Assembly (NCBI RefSeq): GCF_055900595.2
Contig: NZ_CM148325.1
Reading direction: 5' to 3' (one strand)
Length of the DNA: 64,000 nucleotides
Shown here one piece after another: positions 14,559 to 29,825 of the stretch (its first letter is position 1; every line of letters begins with the position of its first letter). The notes under the pieces are model-generated. The model had not been told where the DNA came from, made no database searches, and saw only the letters and a list, made by a program, of their open reading frames with translations. Position numbers and translations under genes: made by a program.

Positions 14559-15551
14559 ATGAATAAATTCATAGGCGTTTTACTGCTAGGTGCGGTTTTA
14601 CTGGCGGGATGTGTCGACCGGGAAGGGTACTATAACAGCGTCAGGGAAGAAGAGAGTCATGGACTGACGTCTCTGCGGGGGCAACCTGAATTACGTTACA
14701 ACGATGATTGGTCAAGATGGCCGAGAGTGTACGGCGCTACAGCCTTATACCCGCTGTATGCCTCCGCGTATTATGAATTAGTACCCGAGCCAAAAGATAA
14801 GGATCGAACCTCGCTGGCCTGGCAGGCGTATGGTTTGCAACAAACCCGAACAGCTGAAGCCTACGATAGTCTGATCAAGGGTACCGCGACGGTTATTTTT
14901 GTTGCACAACCGTCGGAAGGACAGAAAAAACGTGCAGAAGAAGCAGGCGTTAAACTGAAATATACCGCGTTTGCCCGCGAAGCCTTTGTCTTTATCGTTG
15001 ATATCAAAAACCCGGTTAATTCACTTAGCGAACAGCAGGTCAAAGACATTTTTAGCGGTAAAGTGAGTCGCTGGAATAAAGTGGGCGGCGGTGACGAAAG
15101 TATAAAAGTCTGGCAGCGGCCAGAAGATTCTGGAAGCCAAACGGTTATGAAGGGACTGGTTATGCAAGATACTCCAATGCTGCCAGCCAAAAAATCCACT
15201 GTTATCGATCTTATGGGCGGTTTAATTACCGAAGTCGCCGACTACAAAAATACACCATCTTCTATTGGATACACTTTCCACTATTACGTCACACGTATGA
15301 ATGACAATATGCTCAAAATGCGCAAACAGATCAAACTGCTGGCTATAAATGGCGTTGCACCTACAGAGGAAAATATCCGTAACGGCACTTATCCGTACAT
15401 GATTGATGCTTATATGGTGACGCACGAAACCCCTACGCTGGAAACGCAGAAATTCGTCGACTGGTTTTTAAGCCCGCAGGGACAGCAATTGGTAGAGGAT
15501 GTGGGGTATGTGCCGATTCATGACGCATCATACGAATCATCAGTGCAATAA
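14559..15551 (+). CDS. PstS-like periplasmic binding lipoprotein (paralog of the C-terminal domain of the upstream gene)
   Basis: 330-aa ORF; N-terminus MNKFIGVLLLGAVLLAGC has a signal peptide with lipobox (LAGC); aligns by eye with the upstream ORF, e.g. IFVAQPSEGQKKRAEEAGVKLKYTAFAREAFVFIV against IFVAQPSGGQKKRAEESGVTLNYTPFAREAFVFIV. Confidence 0.75.
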   Translation: MNKFIGVLLLGAVLLAGCVDREGYYNSVREEESHGLTSLRGQPELRYNDDWSRWPRVYGATALYPLYASAYYELVPEPKDKDRTSLAWQAYGLQQTRTAEAYDSLIKGTATVIFVAQPSEGQKKRAEEAGVKLKYTAFAREAFVFIVDIKNPVNSLSEQQVKDIFSGKVSRWNKVGGGDESIKVWQRPEDSGSQTVMKGLVMQDTPMLPAKKSTVIDLMGGLITEVADYKNTPSSIGYTFHYYVTRMNDNMLKMRKQIKLLAINGVAPTEENIRNGTYPYMIDAYMVTHETPTLETQKFVDWFLSPQGQQLVEDVGYVPIHDASYESSVQ

Positions 15552-16153
15552 TGATGAATAAAATCAGACTTTATATTCCTCCGTTAATTCTTGGTTTTGT
15601 TATTGTGCCGTTGTTGGTGTGGCCGACGGTGGTTGCGCTGGCTGCTTCTGTTATCACGCTGAGTTTTCTGGGAGAGATACTGTTCTCTATCCCGCTCATG
15701 ATCAGGCGTATTTCACTTCTGCAATTACAACTATGGTTATCGGCTGAATATGCGCTTTTCTGCTGTGCAATGGTGGGCGTTGGTTGGCAATTTGCTCGTA
15801 TAACTCAATCTGAATTGAAAAGCAGACTGCATTGTTGGCTGGTATTTGCACCAGTTTATTTCTGGTTGCTCCTGTGGAATATCATTTTCTATGTCGCGCC
15901 AGCGAATATTGCGTTGCTGGAGAATATGCGCAGTTTCTTTCTGACAGTTGTCTGGCTCCCACTAAATTTTTCGCCATTTTGGTCTCAACCGTGGATTGAC
16001 TTTGTCGGTCCAATAAGCGCACAGCTTGGTTTTGCGTTGGGATATTATTGCCAGTGGCGTAGCAAAAATAGAAGCCAGATACGGAAGTGGAGTGAGTGGG
16101 GAACGTGCCTGAGTTTTGTTACGTTGGGTATGATGGCGTGGGCTTTGCGGTAA
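15551..16153 (+). CDS. Small polytopic membrane protein, paralog of the N-terminal membrane domain of the fusion gene at 13016
   Basis: 200-aa hydrophobic ORF; its start overlaps the upstream stop (TAATG); segment FVGPISAQLGFALGYY resembles IPVGAHISFSLGYGW in the N-terminal domain of the 505-aa ORF. Confidence 0.6.
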   Translation: MMNKIRLYIPPLILGFVIVPLLVWPTVVALAASVITLSFLGEILFSIPLMIRRISLLQLQLWLSAEYALFCCAMVGVGWQFARITQSELKSRLHCWLVFAPVYFWLLLWNIIFYVAPANIALLENMRSFFLTVVWLPLNFSPFWSQPWIDFVGPISAQLGFALGYYCQWRSKNRSQIRKWSEWGTCLSFVTLGMMAWALR

Positions 16154-16205
16154 TTCCCTGACTCAAAAAGTAGGTCAGATTGTTGACAAAGTGCGCTTTG
16201 TTCAT

Positions 16206-16302
16206 GCCGGATGCGACATGAACGTCTTATTGGCCTACAAGACCATGCAAATTCAATATATTGCATAAGCCACGTAGGCCTGATAAGCGTAGCGCATCAG
16301 GC
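16206..16302. repeat. Pair of REP elements (BIME-like) in opposite orientation; the second forms a hairpin followed by T6
   Basis: gccggatgcgacatgaacgtcttattggcctac (16206-16238) and gtaggcctgataagcgtagcgcatcaggc (16274-16302) match the E. coli REP palindromic-unit pattern; followed by agttttttg. Confidence 0.6.
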
Positions 16303-16365
16303 AGTTTTTTGTTTATCATCAGTCTCAGGTCAGATTGAAATCTGACCTGGCCACCTTACGTTAAT

Positions 16366-17871
16366 TTACGACGCCAGCGACAACCTCTGCTGCGTATATT
16401 CCCCTAGCCACTGACTCACACGGGATTGTTGCTGCGCATTCAGCCACATGCCTTGTTTTGTGCGACGCCACAGGGCATCGTCGGCGCGGCGGACCCATTC
16501 GTGGTCGACCAGATATTTCAGCTCCGCTTCGTAGAACTCATGACCGAAATCCTCCCCGAGGTCGCTTACCGCCCCCGCGTTGCCGAGCAGCAGCTCGCTA
16601 TTGCTGCCGTAAGTGCGTGCGTAATGACGTGCCAGCGATTCAGTCAGGAACGGGTAACGGCGGCGCAGGCGGGCGGCATAATCGTCGCGATCGCCTTCAA
16701 TGGCACCACCCGGCAGCACGCTCTCTTTCGTCCACGCCGGGCCAATGCCCTGATAATACGGCGTCAGTTTTTCCAGCGCGTGCTCCGCCAGTTTGCGGTA
16801 GGTGGTCAGCTTACCGCCGAATACTGATAACAGCGGAGCTTTGCCGTTTTCATCATGGATATCAAGGGTGTAATCACGGGTAATGGCCTGCGGCGAATCG
16901 GACTCATCATCACACAGTGGACGCACGCCGGAGTAGGTCCAGACGATATCATCCCGGCTTAGCTGCTTTTTAAAGTGCGCGTTATACACTTTCAGCAGGT
17001 AATTGATTTCACTCTCTTCAATCTTCACCGCTTTCGGATCGCCTTTATACTCCACATCGGTGGTACCGATAATGGAAAACTCGTCCATCCACGGGATCAC
17101 GAACACAATACGCTTATCTTCGTTTTGCAGAATGTAGGCCTGCTTTTGGGTATGCACGCGCGGCACCACAATATGGCTGCCTTTGATCAGGCGAATGCCA
17201 TAAGGCGAAGGCAGATGCATCCCGTCGTCGAAGAACTGTTTCACCCACGGGCCGGTGGCATTCACCAGACCGCGTGCCTGCCAGCTGTATTTTTTACCGG
17301 TATCAATATCTTCTGCTTCTACAATCCACAGGCCGTTTTCGCGGCGAGCAGAAGTGGCGCGAGTCCGGGTAAGCACTTCACCGCCTTTACGCACCACCAT
17401 CTGGGCGTTGGCGAGTACCAGACGCGCATCGTCTACCCAACAGTCGGAATATTCGAATCCGCGCTTAATTTCCGGTTTTAACACTGAATTTGCGCCAAAA
17501 CGCAAACCGGTAGATCCCGGCAGGCTGGTACGCTTACCCAGATGATCGTACATAAACAGACCAATACGGATCATCCACGCCGGACGCAGATGCGGGCGAT
17601 GCGGCAGGCGAAAACGCATCGGGAAAGCGATATGGGGAGCCATTTTCAGCAACACTTCACGTTCAGCCAGCGCCTCGCTGACCAGGCGGAATTCATAGTG
17701 CTCAAGGTAGCGAAGGCCACCATGAATGAGTTTTGAACTGGCGGAAGAGGTCGCACAAGCGAGATCCTGCGCCTCCAGCATCAGCACGGATAAACCGCGT
17801 CCAGCGGCGTCTGCCGCGATACCAGCACCATTGATGCCGCCACCTATCACAATCAGATCTTTGGTTTCCAT
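16366..17871 (-). CDS. glpD: Aerobic glycerol-3-phosphate dehydrogenase
   Basis: ORF 16366..17886; the recognised N-terminus METKDLIVIGGGINGAGIA (FAD-binding GxGxxG) begins at the internal ATG, giving 501 aa. Confidence 0.96.
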   Translation of the reverse strand: METKDLIVIGGGINGAGIAADAAGRGLSVLMLEAQDLACATSSASSKLIHGGLRYLEHYEFRLVSEALAEREVLLKMAPHIAFPMRFRLPHRPHLRPAWMIRIGLFMYDHLGKRTSLPGSTGLRFGANSVLKPEIKRGFEYSDCWVDDARLVLANAQMVVRKGGEVLTRTRATSARRENGLWIVEAEDIDTGKKYSWQARGLVNATGPWVKQFFDDGMHLPSPYGIRLIKGSHIVVPRVHTQKQAYILQNEDKRIVFVIPWMDEFSIIGTTDVEYKGDPKAVKIEESEINYLLKVYNAHFKKQLSRDDIVWTYSGVRPLCDDESDSPQAITRDYTLDIHDENGKAPLLSVFGGKLTTYRKLAEHALEKLTPYYQGIGPAWTKESVLPGGAIEGDRDDYAARLRRRYPFLTESLARHYARTYGSNSELLLGNAGAVSDLGEDFGHEFYEAELKYLVDHEWVRRADDALWRRTKQGMWLNAQQQSRVSQWLGEYTQQRLSLAS

Positions 17872-17904
17872 GCTGCCCTCATTCACTTTCGTTAAAGCTC
17901 ATAA

Positions 17905-17922
17905 ATGTTCGTTATCGAACAT
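17905..17922. promoter_or_regulatory. Candidate GlpR operator in the divergent glpD / glpEGR control region (perfect palindrome ATGTTCGTTATCGAACAT)
   Basis: 18-bp perfect inverted repeat seen in sequence, ~35 bp upstream of glpD start; GlpR operators are palindromes of this type (established for the glp regulon, exact consensus recalled from memory). Confidence 0.5.
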
Positions 17923-17982
17923 ATTAGCAAAGAATCGCGCTTTAGGTAACATTGAAAAAACATTTTAGAGTGATATGTATAA

Positions 17983-18387
<405 letters not shown>

Positions 18388-18419
18388 CGCTTTATACTGT
18401 CCCCTTTTGTGTGGAATAA

Positions 18420-19262
<843 letters not shown>

Positions 19263-19278
19263 TTCCAGGGATTTATAA

Positions 19279-20037
19279 ATGAAACAAACACAACGTCACA
19301 ACGGTATTATTGAACTGGTTAAACAGCAGGGTTATGTCAGCACCGAAGAACTGGTGGAACACTTCTCCGTCAGTCCGCAGACTATTCGTCGTGACCTCAA
19401 CGAGCTGGCGGAGCAAAACCTGATCCTGCGTCACCATGGCGGCGCGGCACTGCCTTCCAGTTCGGTTAACACGCCGTGGCACGATCGTAAGGCCACCCAG
19501 ACCGAAGAAAAAGAGCGTATTGCCCGCAAAGTGGCGGAGCAAATTCCTAACGGCTCGACGCTATTTATTGATATCGGCACCACGCCGGAAGCGGTGGCGC
19601 ACGCGCTGCTTAATCACAGCAATTTGCGCATTGTGACCAACAATCTCAACGTCGCTAACACGCTGATGGTAAAAGAAGATTTTCGCATCATTCTTGCAGG
19701 TGGCGAATTACGCAGCCGCGATGGTGGGATCATTGGCGAAGCGACGCTCGATTTTATCTCCCAGTTCCGCCTTGATTTCGGGATTCTGGGGATCAGCGGC
19801 ATCGATAGCGACGGCTCGCTGCTGGAGTTCGATTACCACGAAGTTCGCACCAAACGCGCTATTATTGAGAACTCGCGCCACGTTATGCTGGTTGTCGATC
19901 ACTCGAAATTTGGCCGTAATGCGATGGTCAATATGGGCAGCATCAGCATGGTCGATGCCGTCTACACCGACGCCCCGCCACCAGCGAGCGTGATGCAGGT
20001 GCTGACAGACCATCATATTCAGCTGGAGCTGTGCTGA
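19279..20037 (+). CDS. glpR: DeoR-family glycerol-3-phosphate regulon repressor
   Basis: 252-aa ORF recognised as GlpR; N-terminal HTH plus DeoR sugar-phosphate-binding domain; 3' end overlaps the convergent rtcR by 19 bp. Confidence 0.95.
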   Translation: MKQTQRHNGIIELVKQQGYVSTEELVEHFSVSPQTIRRDLNELAEQNLILRHHGGAALPSSSVNTPWHDRKATQTEEKERIARKVAEQIPNGSTLFIDIGTTPEAVAHALLNHSNLRIVTNNLNVANTLMVKEDFRIILAGGELRSRDGGIIGEATLDFISQFRLDFGILGISGIDSDGSLLEFDYHEVRTKRAIIENSRHVMLVVDHSKFGRNAMVNMGSISMVDAVYTDAPPPASVMQVLTDHHIQLELC

Positions 20038-21617
20038 TCCTGCACGGCTTCCCACGTCAGACCAAAACGCGCCAGGTATTTGCGTAGCCGATCCGCGTCG
20101 TTGACGCTGGCTTTGCCCTGGCGCGAAACATCAAAGAGTTCACGCCCGGCAGCGGAAAGCGATTTTGCCTGACGGCAGATAGCGATAACGTGTTCCAGTT
20201 GCAGCCGATCAAAGAGGTCGATGTTTTCCGCTTCAGCGCCCAGTAGCTGCTTAAGCGCAGAAGAGCGGCTATCCTGCCAGTTGTAGCGTAGACGGTTTAT
20301 CTCATCTTCTACGGTTTCAAGGGTGATACGCCCACTATCGGCAAACGTCGCCATGCGTGTGACGCTGGCAGAAAGCTCGCGAAAGTTACCGCGCCATGTT
20401 GCCTGGGGAGATGTCGCAAAGGCCAGCCAGGCGCGCCTCGCTTCGGTGTTAAAACGTACGCTGTCGCCGGTGAGTGAGGCGTGGCGCTCCACTTCATAAT
20501 CCAGGTTCGGTTCAATATCTTCCTGGCGCTGGCGTAGACCCGGCAGGGTGAAGGTCCAGAGATTGATCCGCGCGTACAGGTCTTCGCGAAATTTGCCTTC
20601 GGCAACCAGCTGACGCAAATCGCGCACCGTTCCGGCGATCAGCTGAAAATCACTGCTCACCTGGCGATCGCTACCAAACGGGTAAAAGGTTTTCTCTTCA
20701 ATGGCTTTCAGCAACATCGCCTGTTCGTCTGCGCCCAGTTCGCCAATCTCATCAAGAAACAACATGCCACCGTTGGCGCTGCGTAATAATCCTTCACGAG
20801 ATTCCCGCGCCCCGGTGAACGCGCCTTTCACATGACCAAACAGCGCGGACATGGCGGTATCGCCACGCAGAGTGGCGCAGTTCACTTCCACAAACTCGCC
20901 GCTAAACTGATGCCTCGCCTGTTTTAACTCGAAGATGCGTCGTGCCAGAAACGACTTTCCCGCACCAGTTGGGCCGTTGAGCAGGATCGGCGCGCGGGAT
21001 CTAATCGCCACTTTTTCGATCTGCTCAATCATGCGGTTGAAATGGGAGTTACGCGTGGCAATGCCGGATTTGAGGAAATCGAGGGTTTGCTGGCGTTCTT
21101 CGGCAAAGCGGCTGGCAATAGCGTTATAACGGCTTAAATCGAGATCGATAATCGTCACCGCACCAGGGCTGTTGGGCTGTTCTTTTTTACGCGGTGGCGA
21201 AGATTGTATTAACCTGGCGGGCAGGTAACGCGCTTCCGCCAGCAGAAACCAGCAAATCTGCGCGACGTGGGTACCGGTGGTGATGTGAATTAAATAGTCT
21301 TCTTTATCAGGTTCGAACGCGTAACCACGGGCGAAATCATGCAGGCAGGCGTAAACCTCCTCGAAATCCCACGGGTTATGCAGTTCAATCTCAACGCTCA
21401 CCACTTCTGTTTCTGGCGAAACATTGGCGATATCGCGTTTAAGCGTTTCAAACAGCGAGCGTGAGCGGGCGTCGTGCAACAATTCCAGTCGATTGATGAC
21501 TAACGATTCTTGCTGGCATAGACAGAGTGACGGACGCCATTTCGACCATCGCTGACTGCCGCGCCCGGCATAATCCAGTACGGTGCCGACAAAGCCAAAA
21601 GCCACTGTTTTACGCAT
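20019..21617 (-). CDS. rtcR: Sigma-54-dependent transcriptional activator of rtcBA
   Basis: 532-aa ORF recognised as RtcR; central AAA+ sigma54-interaction domain (GPTGAGKS Walker A, GAFTGA motif) and C-terminal HTH. Confidence 0.95.
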   Translation of the reverse strand: MRKTVAFGFVGTVLDYAGRGSQRWSKWRPSLCLCQQESLVINRLELLHDARSRSLFETLKRDIANVSPETEVVSVEIELHNPWDFEEVYACLHDFARGYAFEPDKEDYLIHITTGTHVAQICWFLLAEARYLPARLIQSSPPRKKEQPNSPGAVTIIDLDLSRYNAIASRFAEERQQTLDFLKSGIATRNSHFNRMIEQIEKVAIRSRAPILLNGPTGAGKSFLARRIFELKQARHQFSGEFVEVNCATLRGDTAMSALFGHVKGAFTGARESREGLLRSANGGMLFLDEIGELGADEQAMLLKAIEEKTFYPFGSDRQVSSDFQLIAGTVRDLRQLVAEGKFREDLYARINLWTFTLPGLRQRQEDIEPNLDYEVERHASLTGDSVRFNTEARRAWLAFATSPQATWRGNFRELSASVTRMATFADSGRITLETVEDEINRLRYNWQDSRSSALKQLLGAEAENIDLFDRLQLEHVIAICRQAKSLSAAGRELFDVSRQGKASVNDADRLRKYLARFGLTWEAVQDQHSSS

Positions 21618-21750
21618 CTTAGATATCCTTATAAAAGACGATATTTCATTATCGGCGAATTGGCTTTGCGGGAAATCTCCGCTTACGGACGTAAAGATTT
21701 AATCTATTAAAAACAATGAATTAAAAAATTAAGCTGCTTATTTAATTTTC

Positions 21751-21766
21751 TGGCACGACGGTTGCA
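21751..21766 (+). promoter_or_regulatory. Sigma-54 (-24/-12) promoter of rtcBA: TGGCAC-N5-TTGCA
   Basis: Exact match to the RpoN consensus GG-N10-GC (TGGCACgacggTTGCA) seen ~40 bp upstream of the rtcB ATG; consistent with the known RtcR/sigma54 control of rtcBA. Confidence 0.8.
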
Positions 21767-21804
21767 ATTATCTGGACAGCAAACAACGAAAAGAGAAAAA
21801 CAAA

Positions 21805-23031
21805 ATGAATTACGAATTACTGACCACTGAAAATGCCCCGGTAAAAATGTGGACCAAAGGCGTGCCGGTAGAGGCCGATGCGCGTCAGCAACTTATTAAT
21901 ACGGCGAAGATGCCGTTTATTTTCAAACATATTGCGGTAATGCCGGATGTACACCTGGGTAAAGGTTCCACCATTGGTAGCGTGATCCCAACCAAAGGAG
22001 CGATTATTCCGGCGGCGGTGGGGGTAGATATCGGTTGTGGAATGAACGCACTGCGAACTGCGTTAACGGCGGCTGACCTGCCTGAAAACCTGGCGGAGCT
22101 GCGTCAGGCGATTGAAACTGCCGTGCCGCACGGACGTTCCAATAATCGTAGCCGTCGTGATAAAGGCGCATGGGAGCATCCGCCTGTTAACGTCGATGCG
22201 AAATGGGCTGAGCTTGAAGCCGGTTATCAGTGGTTAACGCAAAAATATCCGCGTTTCCTTAACACTAATAACTATAAATATCTGGGAACGCTGGGAACGG
22301 GTAACCACTTTATTGAAATCTGCCTTGATGAGTCGGACCAGGTGTGGATTATGCTGCACTCCGGTTCACGCGGAATTGGTAATGCCATCGGGACTTACTT
22401 TATCGATCTGGCACAAAAAGAGATGCAGGAAACGCTTGAAACGTTGCCATCGCGTGACCTGGCGTACTTTATGGAAGGTACGGAATACTTTGATGATTAC
22501 CTGAAAGCGGTGGCCTGGGCGCAGCTTTTTGCCAGCCTTAACCGCGATGCGATGATGGAAAACGTGGTAACGGCGTTGCAGAGCGTTACGCAGAAAACGG
22601 TAAGACAGCCACAAACACTGGCGATGGAAGAGATCAACTGTCACCACAACTATGTGCAAAAAGAACAGCACTTTGGCGAAGAGATCTATGTGACGCGTAA
22701 AGGCGCGGTGTCTGCGTGTGCTGGTCAATATGGAATTATTCCCGGTTCGATGGGGGCGAAAAGCTTTATTGTCCGTGGGCTGGGAAATGAAGAGTCGTTC
22801 TGTTCGTGCAGCCACGGTGCCGGGCGGGTAATGAGCCGTACTAAAGCGAAAAAACTGTTCAGCGTGGAAGATCAAATTCGTGCTACCGCGCATGTGGAAT
22901 GCCGTAAAGATGCCGAAGTGATCGACGAAATCCCGATGGCGTATAAAGATATCGACGCGGTGATGGCGGCACAAAGCGATCTGGTGGAAGTAATCTACAC
23001 CCTGCGTCAGGTGGTGTGTGTAAAAGGATAA
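21805..23031 (+). CDS. rtcB: RNA-splicing ligase RtcB (3'-phosphate/5'-OH RNA ligase)
   Basis: 408-aa ORF recognised as RtcB. Confidence 0.97.
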   Translation: MNYELLTTENAPVKMWTKGVPVEADARQQLINTAKMPFIFKHIAVMPDVHLGKGSTIGSVIPTKGAIIPAAVGVDIGCGMNALRTALTAADLPENLAELRQAIETAVPHGRSNNRSRRDKGAWEHPPVNVDAKWAELEAGYQWLTQKYPRFLNTNNYKYLGTLGTGNHFIEICLDESDQVWIMLHSGSRGIGNAIGTYFIDLAQKEMQETLETLPSRDLAYFMEGTEYFDDYLKAVAWAQLFASLNRDAMMENVVTALQSVTQKTVRQPQTLAMEEINCHHNYVQKEQHFGEEIYVTRKGAVSACAGQYGIIPGSMGAKSFIVRGLGNEESFCSCSHGAGRVMSRTKAKKLFSVEDQIRATAHVECRKDAEVIDEIPMAYKDIDAVMAAQSDLVEVIYTLRQVVCVKG

Positions 23032-24051
<1,020 letters not shown>

Positions 24052-24093
24052 TGCAGAGATGTAAGCCGGATCCGACGTATTATCCGGCTAAAC

Positions 24094-26805
<2,712 letters not shown>

Positions 26806-26913
26806 TCACTTCACTGTGGAAAATGAGGAAATATTATTTTTTTTGCGCTTCGTAATTAATGGTTATAAGGTCGGCCAGAAACCCTTCTAATGCAAGCGAT
26901 GACGTTTTTTTAT

Positions 26914-26938
26914 GTGTCTGAATTTGCACTGTGTCACA
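26914..26938. promoter_or_regulatory. Candidate CRP site in the malT promoter region (TGTGtctgaatttgcactgTGTCACA)
   Basis: TGTGA/TCACA-like half-sites ~115-140 bp upstream of the malT ATG; malT is known to be CRP-activated; exact site boundaries not verified. Confidence 0.3.
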
Positions 26939-27307
26939 ATTCCAAATGTTTATTAACAACTCACCTAATAACGACGCTGATGCAGCGTGAATACTGGGTT
27001 TTACGGTATTTTCCTCATGTTCATCAGTTTCATTTAAGCAAGGGAGTCTTCTCAATTCCTGATGAAAGAGCCATCTAAAAAGAGGATCTTAATAAACCTA
27101 TTAAGAATGAGATGGAGCAAACTGGATGTTTTACTTATGAAACTGTTTCACTCCTTTACTTAATTTATAGAGTTACCTTCCGCCTTTTGAAAATACACAA
27201 CGGCCATTTTTTGCACTTAGATACAGATTTTCTGCGCTGTATGGCATTGATTTGCTGCTAATCCTGTGGATTGCACTAGGTTTAAGTGGTCGAGATCACA
27301 TTTCCTT

Positions 27308-27353
27308 GCTCATCCCCGCAACTCCTCCCTGCCTAATCCCCCGCAGGATGAGG
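27308..27353 (+). promoter_or_regulatory. MalT boxes of the malPQ promoter (CTCATCC ... GGATGAGG)
   Basis: Two copies of the GGA(T/G)GA MalT-box core in opposite orientation located 70-115 bp upstream of the malP ATG. Confidence 0.5.
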
Positions 27354-27398
27354 AAGGTCAACATCGAGCCTGGCAAACTAGCGATAACGTTGTGTTGA

Positions 27399-29816
<2,418 letters not shown>

Positions 29817-29825
29817 GGAAGCTCG

